64,000 nucleotides of DNA from Vulcanimicrobiota bacterium (GCA_963812155.1 CAWETW010000004.1:64001-128000), one strand, 5' to 3'; numbered from the stretch's first letter, positions 30,977 to 40,150 are shown. Notes: a model not told the origin generated them from the sequence alone. Program-made: numbers and translations.

Positions 30977-31863
30977 GACCGACTCCTCGCATTCTGCGTT
31001 CCGTCATCTTCGGTTACGCCAAGGTCGAGGCGCGGCGGCGTTCCCGCGCCGTAGTCGTAGAAACCCACACCGCTCTTACGGCCGAGCCGTCCTTGCGCAA
31101 CCATGTCGCGCTGCATCTCGGGCGGCGCGAAGCGCTCCTCGTCGGTGCGCTCGTACACCGATTCGCTGGTCGCCAAGTTGACGTCGAGGCCGATGAAATC
31201 CATCAACTCAAACGGTCCCATCCGAAATCCGGCCGAGCGCGCGAGCGCGTCGAGTTCCTCGATCGGCGCGACGCCGCGTTCGAGCGCGCGCATCGACTGC
31301 AGATAATACGGACGCGCGACGCGATTGACGATGAATCCAGGCGTATCGGCGGCGCCGACGGCCGTCTTGCCGATGCGCTCGACAAAGGCGTACGCACGCG
31401 CGAGCGCATCGTCCGAGGTCCGTTCCCCTTCCACGACTTCGACGAGTTTCATCGCTTCGGGCGGATTGAAGAAGTGCAGTCCGGCGACGCGCTCGGGCCC
31501 CTCGACCGCGTCGGCCAACTCGCTGACGGAGAGCGACGACGTATTCGTGGCCACCAGCGCGTCGGGTCCCAGTGCCGCAGCGAGTTTGCCGAAGACGTCG
31601 CGCTTGAGTTCGAGCCGTTCGGGGACCGCTTCGATCGCAACACAGGCGTCGCTGCGGCCGGGAATCGCCGTCAGAAAGGCGATGCGGCCGGCGACCGAGG
31701 CGTCGCCCGCGCGTTCGGCATCGCGCGCGATTCGCGCGCGCGCCCTTTCGCGTGCGCCGGCGTCGGGCTCGACGACTTCGACGCGATACCCACCCTGCGC
31801 CGCGACGAAGGCGATGCCGGCACCCATGGCGCCGCCGCCCGCGACGAGTACGAGGTCGTCCAT
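30973..31863 (-). CDS. paaH: 3-hydroxyacyl-CoA dehydrogenase, N-terminal half (PaaH-like)
   Basis: GGGAMGAGIA, IEAVPE, ATNTSSL, GLHFFNP, PGFIVNR, MGPFELMDFIGLDV. Confidence 0.85.
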   Translation of the reverse strand: MDDLVLVAGGGAMGAGIAFVAAQGGYRVEVVEPDAGARERARARIARDAERAGDASVAGRIAFLTAIPGRSDACVAIEAVPERLELKRDVFGKLAAALGPDALVATNTSSLSVSELADAVEGPERVAGLHFFNPPEAMKLVEVVEGERTSDDALARAYAFVERIGKTAVGAADTPGFIVNRVARPYYLQSMRALERGVAPIEELDALARSAGFRMGPFELMDFIGLDVNLATSESVYERTDEERFAPPEMQRDMVAQGRLGRKSGVGFYDYGAGTPPRLDLGVTEDDGTQNARSRS

Positions 31864-31918
31864 CGGGCGCCCCTTCGCGAGGGAAGGCGCAAAGGCTTCG
31901 TCGGCGATATCTGCCGAC

Positions 31919-32467
31919 ATGGAGAAACCGTCCTGGCGGCGCCGTTCGACCGCGCTCGTCGTGAACTCGCCGCACCTACGCTTGCGCGTCGACGAATTAG
32001 AACTTCCCGACGGCACGATCGTTCCCGACTACTACGTGCGCGAATCGTACGGCTTCGTGATGGCATTTCCGGTGACGCCGGACGAGCGCATCGTGCTCGT
32101 GCGCCAATATCGCTACGGAACCGACGCAATCCATCTCGAGCTTCCCGCCGGCACGCTCGACGCCGGCGAAATTCCGCTGGACTGCGCGCGCCGCGAACTT
32201 TTGGAAGAAACCGGTTACGAGGCGCCGGACTGGAGTTTTCTCGGCACGTACTTTCCGGAGCCGGCGCGCGCGACGTCGCTGGCGCGAATCTTCCTGGCGA
32301 CCGGCGCGCGCAAAGTGTGCGAGCCGCATCTCGACCCCACCGAAGTGCTGGACGTGGAGCTCGCGACGTTCGACGACTTTCGCAGGATGCTCCGCGATGG
32401 CCGGATCGACGCCGGACACGCGCTGATTGCAGGATACCGCGCGCTCGACGTTCTCGGTAAACTCTAG
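31919..32467 (+). CDS. NUDIX hydrolase (ADP-ribose pyrophosphatase-like)
   Basis: LVRQYRY and Nudix box GTLDAGEIPLDCARRELLEETGY. Confidence 0.92.
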   Translation: MEKPSWRRRSTALVVNSPHLRLRVDELELPDGTIVPDYYVRESYGFVMAFPVTPDERIVLVRQYRYGTDAIHLELPAGTLDAGEIPLDCARRELLEETGYEAPDWSFLGTYFPEPARATSLARIFLATGARKVCEPHLDPTEVLDVELATFDDFRRMLRDGRIDAGHALIAGYRALDVLGKL

Positions 32468-32472
32468 GGAGA

Positions 32473-33279
32473 CTAGGCGTGCGCGGATGAATCCGACTGC
32501 AGCTGCGAGCTTCGTCTCTTGGCGGACGGTTTGATACTGCTCGCCTTGTTCGCTGCGCATCATCGACGCTTCCGTCACCGACGTCGGCAGCGTTCTATTG
32601 AAATCGTAAACGATCGTTCCCGTAATGTCCGACGTGAGCGGCCTCGATCCGTTCGCCTTTTCGACCCGCGTCTCGTCGATCGTCATGATGCCGTTGGCAT
32701 TCTTGGCGATCGTGAAATCCGACGTCGTCGTATTCGACGCGCCGCTTTGCACGCGCTGCCAATGGCGCGTAGCATCGAGCGCAGCCGGATCGACGAAGTT
32801 CGAGCCTAAAAAGCGCAGCAGCGCAAGTTCTTCCTCGTTGATTTTCTTGTTGGGATCGCACACGACGGTGAGATCGCCGTAGACGACGCAAGTCGCGGCC
32901 GGTGCGGAACGCCGCTCGAGGGCCCGCTCGCTGACGTCGACGACGAGACCGCCATCGGACTGCCGGCGCGTCACGTCGACTGAAATCGTTCCGCGATCAC
33001 TGATACCACCTTGGAAACTCGTGATACCGGAGCCGTTTCCATTGGTCCCGGAGGGAGACCGTCCATCTGTCCCCCACCGGATCCGCCGTTTCCAGCGACG
33101 CCGTCGGGCAGACCCGAAACGTGCACTTCGGTGTTATTGGTCGTTCCCCACGTGAACGCGTAGACGAGATGCCGGGTTTGCGCCACGGTGGTTACGGCGT
33201 GTGCGGCCGGGGTTGCAGCCAACGCAATCAACAGCATGCTCGTTGCGAAGGAAAGAAACTGCCGATTGATCATATCCAT
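32473..33279 (-). CDS. Secreted hypothetical protein, paralogue 3, two frameshifts (about 33050-33075 and 32506)
   Basis: Signal peptide and RHLVYAFTWGT; after correction continues DRGTISVDV...CVVY...LQLQSDSSAHA*. Confidence 0.7.
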
Positions 33280-33736
33280 CCTTCCTCGTGCCGCGCGATC
33301 CTTGCGCGCCTGCTCAAGAGTGCGACGATGAATCCGACTGCAGCTGGAGCGTCGTCTCTTGGCGGACGGTTTGATACTGCTCGCCTTGTTCGCTGCGCAT
33401 CATCGACGCTTCCGTCACCGACGTCGGCAGCGTTCTATTGAAATCGTAAACGATCGTTCCCGTAATGTCCGACGTGAGCGGCCTCGATCCGTTCGCCTTT
33501 TCGACCCGCGTCTCGTCGATCGTCATGATGCCGTTGGCATTCTTGGCGATCGTGAAATCCGACGTCGTCGTATTCGACGCGCCGCTTTGCACGCGCTGCC
33601 AATGGCGCGTAGCATCGAGCGCAGCCGGATCGACGAAGTTCGAGCCTAAAAAGCGCAGCAGCGCAAGTTCTTCCTCGTTGATTTTCTTGTTGGGATCGCA
33701 CACGACGGTGAGATCGCCGTAGACGACGCAAGTCGC
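32512..33736. repeat. 385-bp exact direct repeat (32512-32896 = 33352-33736, offset 840)
   Basis: Line-by-line comparison shows no mismatch; flanks diverge. Confidence 0.95.
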
Positions 33737-34093
33737 CGCCGATGCCGAACGTTGCCCCGTCGCCTGCTCGCTGATGCCGACGACGAGACCGCCGTCGGAT
33801 TGCTGGCGTTGGACGTCGACTGAAATCGTTCCGCGATCGCTCGCGCCGCCGCTCGACGTTGCCGTACCTGAAGCCGAACCGTGATCCGACATTCCACCGG
33901 CGCCGGTGGGATTGCCCACGCTGGCCATTCCCGAGGTCTGGACCTCGGTGGTATTGCTGGTTCCCCACGTAAAAGCGTAGACGAGGTGGCGGACTTGAGG
34001 AGAACTCGTGACGGCGATCGCGGGAGCCGCATACGAAAACGCAGCCGCTGCCGCAATCGCAGCGAGGCCGTTCCGAAGCTTTCGGTCGCTCAT
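33314..34093 (-). CDS. Secreted hypothetical protein, paralogue 2
   Basis: Signal peptide; RHLVYAFTWGT, CVVYGDLTVVCDPN, EELALLRFL. Confidence 0.8.
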   Translation of the reverse strand: MSDRKLRNGLAAIAAAAAFSYAAPAIAVTSSPQVRHLVYAFTWGTSNTTEVQTSGMASVGNPTGAGGMSDHGSASGTATSSGGASDRGTISVDVQRQQSDGGLVVGISEQATGQRSASAATCVVYGDLTVVCDPNKKINEEELALLRFLGSNFVDPAALDATRHWQRVQSGASNTTTSDFTIAKNANGIMTIDETRVEKANGSRPLTSDITGTIVYDFNRTLPTSVTEASMMRSEQGEQYQTVRQETTLQLQSDSSSHS

Positions 34094-34887
34094 CCCTTGG
34101 CCTGCGAATCCGATTGCAGGTGCAGCACGGTCTGCGTCTTCACGGTATCGTACTCGCCCATCGACGCTTGGCTTCGCTCGATCGTGTACTCGTCGACGCT
34201 CGTCGGAACGAAACGGCCGAAATCGTAGCCGATCGTCGTATTCGCGGAGATCGTCGATACCTCGGGCTGCTGTTGTTTGACCACGCGATTTTCGTCGATC
34301 ATCATGATGCCGTTGTCGTTCTTCGCAATCGTAAAGTTGGAGACGAGCGAATATTGCGGCGTGGCATCTTCAATCTGCCAGTGGTGCGCCGCATCTAGGC
34401 GATCGGCATCGACGAACGTCGGCGCCAAAAACCGGATGAGCGCCATTTCCTCGGGATTGACCGTCACGTTGGGGTCGCAAATGACGCCGGTCGTGGGATA
34501 GACGACGCAGGCGGCCGGCGGCGTCGAACGAGTCTTTTGGGCTTGCTCGCTCACCTTGATGACGACGCCCTTGTCGGGTTGCTGGGAGACGATGTCGACG
34601 CTGATGGTCCCCTGGTCGCCGATGCCGCCGCTGAAATTGGCGACGCCGGTGCTGCCGGACTCGCCGCTCTGCAGCGTCGGGCTTCCGCCGCCGATGCCGG
34701 ACGTCATGACCTCGCGGCTAGTCTGGGTTCCCCACGTGAACGAGTAGACGAGGTGGCGCACCTGCGGGCTCACCGTAACGGCTAAGGCCGGCGCTCCCGT
34801 GAGGACCAATGACGCTGCCAGCGCCGCTGGAGCGGCGACGACCATGACTCGCACGAACGATAATTTTTCGGGCGGCGGGATACGCAC
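34090..34887 (-). CDS. Secreted hypothetical protein, paralogue 1
   Basis: RHLVYSFTWGT, CVVYPTTGVICDPN, EEMALIRFL; ATGA-coupled to paralogue 2. Confidence 0.8.
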   Translation of the reverse strand: MRIPPPEKLSFVRVMVVAAPAALAASLVLTGAPALAVTVSPQVRHLVYSFTWGTQTSREVMTSGIGGGSPTLQSGESGSTGVANFSGGIGDQGTISVDIVSQQPDKGVVIKVSEQAQKTRSTPPAACVVYPTTGVICDPNVTVNPEEMALIRFLAPTFVDADRLDAAHHWQIEDATPQYSLVSNFTIAKNDNGIMMIDENRVVKQQQPEVSTISANTTIGYDFGRFVPTSVDEYTIERSQASMGEYDTVKTQTVLHLQSDSQAKG

Positions 34888-34961
34888 CTTCAGAGGCCGC
34901 GGATGAAACCTGACCCTCCGGGGCCGGTACCAGATGGAAGAAAGGACTCGTCGAAGACTAC

Positions 34962-35150
34962 ATGCATCCCGCGCTCGCGCTCTTCCTTAAAGCCACCATC
35001 GTGGTTGCGGTGGCCATCGTCTTGGTCTTCATCCTCGCATTCCTGGTGAAGGTCTTCGTCGTGGCGGCCATCGTTGCGGCGCTGGCCGTCGGCGCCTTCC
35101 TGGTGTTCAACTTCTTCCGCCGCCGGTCCAGCCTTCCGGTCATTCGCTGA
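34962..35150 (+). CDS. Small two-TM membrane protein
   Basis: 62 aa, hydrophobic with a basic C-tail; AAAGGA upstream. Confidence 0.65.
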   Translation: MHPALALFLKATIVVAVAIVLVFILAFLVKVFVVAAIVAALAVGAFLVFNFFRRRSSLPVIR

Positions 35151-35937
35151 GCCAGGCGCCGAGCGCGCCGGCCAGCGTTTCGGGCTCCTCCAACATCGGC
35201 AGGTGCCCGCTCTGCTCACAAATGACGGCGCGGCCGCGTGGAAACGCGGCCGCATTCGCACGCGCCTCTTCGATAGGAATCACTGCGTCGGCACCGCCGG
35301 CGACGATCCATGCCGGCACGTCGAGGTCGGAGGCAATATCCTCCGCAGCCGAACGCAGCGCCATTCCGCGCAACAGCGCTGCTGCGCCCGCCGGCGGAAC
35401 GTGCGATGCGATCGTGCGGACGCGATCGACGAGATCCGGACGCGATTGCAACGTACGCGCTGCGAACATTCGCGGGACGATCGCATCCACGACGGGTTGC
35501 ACCGAATTCTCGCGCTCGACACGATCGGCGAGATCGCGGCGCGCAGCGGCTTGCTCCGGCGTGTCGGCTGCAAGCCTGCTGCAGATCAGTGCGATGCGTG
35601 AGACCCGTTCGGAGAACATGCGCGCGAACGCCATCGCGACGTATCCACCCAACGAGTGACCCGCGACGGCGGCGCGTTCGATGCCGAGGGCATCGAGTGC
35701 GGCCGCGACGTCGGCGGCGAGCCGCTCCATCAAATACGGACCGTTGACGCGCTCCGCTTTCACCGTTCCACGAAGGTTCGGACGCACGACACGACAGTGT
35801 TGCGCGAGCGTTGCGGCCTGTTCGTCCCACACTTCGCGCGTCAACGGAAATCCCGCAATCAAGACGACTGCTGCACCGATCGAACCGTCAACACGCACGT
35901 CGACGCGAACGCCGTCATCGGCCAAAACTTGCATCAT
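35140..35937 (-). CDS. Alpha/beta hydrolase (enol-lactonase-like)
   Basis: AGFP, GHSLGG nucleophile elbow, GGADAV, GHLPMLEEP. Confidence 0.88.
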   Translation of the reverse strand: MMQVLADDGVRVDVRVDGSIGAAVVLIAGFPLTREVWDEQAATLAQHCRVVRPNLRGTVKAERVNGPYLMERLAADVAAALDALGIERAAVAGHSLGGYVAMAFARMFSERVSRIALICSRLAADTPEQAAARRDLADRVERENSVQPVVDAIVPRMFAARTLQSRPDLVDRVRTIASHVPPAGAAALLRGMALRSAAEDIASDLDVPAWIVAGGADAVIPIEEARANAAAFPRGRAVICEQSGHLPMLEEPETLAGALGAWLSE

Positions 35938-36011
35938 CGCTCGTAATACTGTATAAGGAAGGCAACAACCCTGGTCGGTTTTCGACCGGAGAAAGGATGA
36001 CTCCACACAGA

Positions 36012-36326
36012 ATGGCAGTCAAACGTACCCGTAGAAAGGCCGCCGCGAAAGCTGCGCCGGCTGCGAAGAAGCGCGCCGTGCGTAAAGCCGTGCGCAAGGT
36101 TCGCAAGGCCGTGCGCCGCAAGGCGGTCCGCAAGAAAGCGACGCGACGAAAAGGCGTGCGCAAGGTTCGAAAAGCGGCCCGCAAGGTTCGCAAAGCCACC
36201 CGCAAGGTGGCTCGCAAGCGCCGCAAAGTTGCGCGAAAAGTGGGCCGCAAGGTCCGCAAAGCCACCCGCAAGGTGGCCCGCAAGCGCCGCAAAGTCACTC
36301 GCCGCAAGAAAGCCGCCGCAGCCTAA
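36012..36326 (+). CDS. Lys/Arg-rich histone H1/protamine-like protein
   Basis: 104 aa from ATG 36012 (alternative ATG 35997), 56 K+R, no acidic residue; purine-rich SD region upstream and terminator downstream. Confidence 0.8.
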   Translation: MAVKRTRRKAAAKAAPAAKKRAVRKAVRKVRKAVRRKAVRKKATRRKGVRKVRKAARKVRKATRKVARKRRKVARKVGRKVRKATRKVARKRRKVTRRKKAAAA

Positions 36327-36350
36327 GCTCAGCGGTCTTTTTTATGGGCA

Positions 36351-36386
36351 GCGAGTCGCGCGCACACCGCGCGGCTCGCTTTTTTT
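36351..36386 (+). terminator. Rho-independent terminator
   Basis: GCGAGTCGCGCG...CGCGCGGCTCGC followed by T7. Confidence 0.8.
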
Positions 36387-36488
36387 AAGAAGCCGAGATT
36401 CCGCTCGTATCTTTGTCGCCTCGGGCCTTGTGTACCATAGTACACGGCGTCCCTCGGCTTCGCGATTCAGACGGAATCTCGGCTTCTT
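36387..36488. repeat. Nested-hairpin element, copy B
   Basis: 17-bp perfect IR AAGAAGCCGAGATTCCG/CGGAATCTCGGCTTCTT; inner hairpin GTGTAC-CATA-GTACAC. Confidence 0.8.
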
Positions 36489-36494
36489 GTTTCG

Positions 36495-37736
36495 TCAGGC
36501 TTTGCGAACGTCGGGTTGTGTGAACCAAATGACCAGGAACGTCAGCGCGCACAGCGCTCCGGCGATGGCAAACATTTGATGCAACCCGACGAGCGCCGCC
36601 AGCGCGCCGTCAATGAGCGATCCGGCCGGCACGAAACCGATGGCGATCATCGTATAGACCGCCAACGCGCGACCGCGAACCGCGTCCGGAGAAAGCGTTT
36701 GAATCAACGTGTTGGATGCGCCCAGCAGTGTCATCGTCCCGACGCCCGTAAGGAACAGGACCGGCAGCATTACCGAAAGCGACGGAACGAGCGCCAGCGC
36801 GACGATCCCGCACGACATCAGCAATCCCGCTTGCAGCCAAAGCCGCGCGCGGCGCTCGCGCTGAGCGAAGTACGCCGTGAGCAGCGCGCCGCCGAAACCG
36901 CCCAAGCCGATCGCCGACACCGCCCATCCTAATCCGCTCGCTCCGGCGTGCAGCACGTTCTCGGTGAACGCCGGAATCAACTGACTGTACGGACGAGCCA
37001 GAATCGCCGATACGAAAAAAGCGAGCACGATCCAGCGCAGCACCGGATCGCGCGCGAGAAAGACGACGCCTTGACGCATCGCATACAGCATCGGCTCTCG
37101 CCGCTTCGCCGACGGTGGCGACGGCCGCATGGCGAACACGGCGGCGACCACCGCGAGCGTCAGGACCGCATTGACGTAGAACGAGCCCGCAATGCCGACC
37201 CACACGATCAGCACGCCGGCGATCGCCGGTCCGATGACCGCAGGGGCGTTGAACGCGACGGAGTTGAGCCCGACCGCGTTGCCGACGTACTGGCGATCCA
37301 CCAGCAGCGGAACCCAACTCTGCCGGGTCGGCGCGTCGAACGCGTTGGCAGCGGAGTTGAGCGCCGAAATCAGCACGAGCCCGACCATGTCGAGCCGATT
37401 GGTGCTCGCGAGCAGCGCCAGCAACAGCGCGGCAAAGGCCATCGTCGAATTCGTGACGACCAGCACCCGGCGCCGCGGCAACTCGTCGGCGACGACGCCG
37501 GCGACCGGCGATAGGAGAATCACGGGTATCGCGCGCGACGCGCCCAAGAAGCCGAGGTCGAGTGCGGCGGCGTGCGGCGATCCGGCGATGCGGGCGACGA
37601 GAAACCCCATCGCGGTGAACTGCATCCAGGTCCCCACGTTGGAAATCATGAGGCCCATCCAGAGCAGGCGGTAGTCGCGGAAGCGCAACGCCGCGAACAG
37701 CGAGACGGACCGCTTTGGGGCCGGCTGTTCGATCAC
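36495..37736 (-). CDS. MFS transporter
   Basis: FAALRFRDYRLLW, SNVGTWMQ, AGVVADELPRRR, DAVRGRA; GTG 37736 in a GTGA overlap. Confidence 0.9.
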   Translation of the reverse strand: MIEQPAPKRSVSLFAALRFRDYRLLWMGLMISNVGTWMQFTAMGFLVARIAGSPHAAALDLGFLGASRAIPVILLSPVAGVVADELPRRRVLVVTNSTMAFAALLLALLASTNRLDMVGLVLISALNSAANAFDAPTRQSWVPLLVDRQYVGNAVGLNSVAFNAPAVIGPAIAGVLIVWVGIAGSFYVNAVLTLAVVAAVFAMRPSPPSAKRREPMLYAMRQGVVFLARDPVLRWIVLAFFVSAILARPYSQLIPAFTENVLHAGASGLGWAVSAIGLGGFGGALLTAYFAQRERRARLWLQAGLLMSCGIVALALVPSLSVMLPVLFLTGVGTMTLLGASNTLIQTLSPDAVRGRALAVYTMIAIGFVPAGSLIDGALAALVGLHQMFAIAGALCALTFLVIWFTQPDVRKA

Positions 37737-38347
37737 GGAGTTCCGCAGGTGCGCAGGGCCGTGACGATGATGGCGGCGCATTGCGATTCGTCGAAGCGAG
37801 ACGTGTCGACGCACAGGTCGTAGTTGGCCGGATCTCCGAAACGAGCGCCGTACCAGTCGCTCAAATACGCGGCGCGCATGCGATCTACGCGCTCGACTTC
37901 CGCTTCGGTCGTCTTGCGATCGGTTCCGAACGCCGCCATCACGTGCGCGATTCGCCATTCGCGCGGCGCGTGCAGGAAGACGCGCAGGAGTCCCGGCGCG
38001 TCCTTGAGGATGACGCCGGCCCCGCGGCCGACGATGACGACGTTGCCGCGCGCGGCATACTCGCGCACCGCGTCCTGCACGGCCTCGAGCAGCGCTCGAT
38101 CGAACGGCGGCACGGTCGACGAAACGGCCAGCTCGGGCGTCGCGCGTTCCAGGCTCGTGAGCCAGCGCTCGCCCAGCGTCCGCGCCGTATCTTCGTTGGC
38201 CTCGACTTCTTCGGGCGAGATGCCGAATCGCTTGGCGACGACCACCGGCAGTTGGCGATCGACGCACTCGTAGCCGAGCTCGCCCGCGACGCGCGCGGCG
38301 ATCGCGATGGCACCGGCGCCGTATTCGTTCGAGACGGTCACGACCAC
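37733..38347 (-). CDS. Cytidylate kinase-like family protein
   Basis: VTVSNEYGAGA, NVVIVGRG, LRVFLHAP, NYDLCVDTS. Confidence 0.85.
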   Translation of the reverse strand: MVVTVSNEYGAGAIAIAARVAGELGYECVDRQLPVVVAKRFGISPEEVEANEDTARTLGERWLTSLERATPELAVSSTVPPFDRALLEAVQDAVREYAARGNVVIVGRGAGVILKDAPGLLRVFLHAPREWRIAHVMAAFGTDRKTTEAEVERVDRMRAAYLSDWYGARFGDPANYDLCVDTSRFDESQCAAIIVTALRTCGTP

Positions 38348-38384
38348 GGAAGGGGTGTACGCAATCGCGCCGGATAGGCCCTAG

Positions 38385-39384
38385 GTGGCTGCGATCATCG
38401 AGACGCACGATCTGCGCAAAGTCTTTCGAACCGTCAAGCGCGTGCCCGGACCGCTCGGGGCGTTGCGCACGCTCTTCTCGCGCGCGTACGAAGATCGCGT
38501 CGCCGTCTCGGGCGTCACGATGTCGCTCGAACCGGGCGAACTCGTCGGCTACATCGGCCCCAACGGCGCCGGCAAATCCACGACGATCAAAATGCTCACC
38601 GGCATTTTGGTCCCGACGGCCGGCACCGTGCGCGTCGCCGGGCTGATCCCCTGGGAACGCCGTCAAGCGCAACGCTCGCAATATCGGCGTCGTCTTCGGC
38701 CAGCGCAGCCAGCTTTATTGGGATCTGCCGCTGATCGAATCGTTCGAACTGCTGCGCGCGATCTACGCCATTCCCCGGGACCGCTACGCACGCAACTTGG
38801 CCGAATTCACGTCCATGCTGGAGATGGACGAATTTCTGCGCACGCCGGTGCGGCAGCTTTCGCTCGGACAGCGGATGCGCGGAGATTTCGCCGCGGCCTT
38901 GCTGCACGATCCGCCGATCGTCTATCTCGACGAGCCGACCATCGGCCTCGACGTCGTGGCCAAGGACGCGATCACGGCATTCATCGCCCGCATCAATGCC
39001 CAACGCGGGACGACGATCGTGCTCACGACCCACGACCTGGCCGAGGTCGAGCGTCTCTGCCGCCGGATCGTGCTGATCGATCGCGGCGCCATCGTCTACG
39101 ACGGCGGAATCGAGCGCATCAAAAGCGAGTACGGGCGCTTTCGCACGCTGGTCGTGCACTTTTGCGATCCGGTCGAGCATCCGCACCTCGACGGCACCGA
39201 GATGGTCGGTGTGGACGGAATGCGCGCTCGTTTCCGTTTCGATCGCAACCTGCAGCGGGTCGACGCGCTGGTGCGCGAAGCCAGCGAACGGTATCGCGTC
39301 GAGGACGTGACTATCGAGGAGCCGGACCTCGAATCGATCATCCGGCGGATTTACGTGGAAGGCTACCGGGAGGCTGCGCTGTGA
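38385..39384 (+). CDS. ABC-2 type ATPase, frameshift near 38663
   Basis: GPNGAGKST in one frame; GVVFGQRSQL, LSLGQRMR, LDEPTIGLD and TTHD in the next. Confidence 0.88.
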
Positions 39385-40136
39385 TCGTATCGAGCAATGC
39401 GAAGAAACCGAAGATTCACGCGAGCGCGTACGTGGCGCCGAGCGCAACCGTCGCCGGCGACGTCACGATCGGTTCCGGCTGCGCGGTGCTGCACGGCGCG
39501 GTCGTCGTTTCGGAGGGTGCGCCGGTCACGATCGGTTCCGATACGGTCATTATGGAAAACGCCGTGATCAAAGCGAGCGGCGGAAAGGCGTTGCAGTTTC
39601 CCTTGTCGCTCGGCGAACGCTGCCTCGTCGGCCCGCATGCCTACGTGGTCGGAGCGACGGTCGGCGAAGGCTGCTTCCTCGCTGCGGGCAGCAAGATTTT
39701 CAACGGCGCCACGCTCGAAAACGGCTGCGGCGTCGCGCTGGGCGGCATCGTGCACGTCAACGCGCGGCTGACCGAAGGGACGAGCGTTCCAATGATGCAC
39801 ATCGCGTGCGGCGATCCGGCGACGATCTACCCGCCGGACCGCGCGCCCGAAGTGCACGGGCTGATTTCGTTTTACGAAACCGTGTTCAATCTCGAGCCCG
39901 GCGACGACGTGCGCGCGCGTGCCGCCGAAACGTATGCAAAATTCCTGCGCAAGACGCACGCGCGGGACGCGTCCTTGGGCGAGCACCAAGCCCGCCCGGC
40001 AACGCGCCGTTCCGGCGAGGAGCCGCCGCCGACGCAAGCCACCGAAGTGGACAAGGTCGTGGACGTGATGATGATCGAGCTCGAAGAGATGGAGCACCGC
40101 CGCCAGGAAGCGGTCAAACGGCAGAAGGGGCGTTAG
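39381..40136 (+). CDS. Hexapeptide-repeat gamma-carbonic anhydrase/PaaY-like protein
   Basis: PKIHASAYVAPSATVAGDVTIG and further left-handed beta-helix repeats; GTGA overlap. Confidence 0.8.
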   Translation: MIVSSNAKKPKIHASAYVAPSATVAGDVTIGSGCAVLHGAVVVSEGAPVTIGSDTVIMENAVIKASGGKALQFPLSLGERCLVGPHAYVVGATVGEGCFLAAGSKIFNGATLENGCGVALGGIVHVNARLTEGTSVPMMHIACGDPATIYPPDRAPEVHGLISFYETVFNLEPGDDVRARAAETYAKFLRKTHARDASLGEHQARPATRRSGEEPPPTQATEVDKVVDVMMIELEEMEHRRQEAVKRQKGR

Positions 40137-40150
40137 CGATCGTCAATTCG

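Noticed and set aside
32512..33736. Diversity-generating retroelement TR/VR pair
   Set aside because: The repeat is exact with no adenine-specific mismatches, both copies are coding, and there is no reverse transcriptase in the window.
35915..36307. 130-aa antisense Arg/Leu-rich ORF
   Set aside because: It mirrors the repetitive Lys/Arg gene; the SD region and terminator support the plus strand.
36495..40136. 728-aa MFS ORF and 583-aa ATPase/gamma-CA fusion ORF
   Set aside because: They arise from open shadow frames and the frameshift near 38663; GTGA overlaps mark separate genes.
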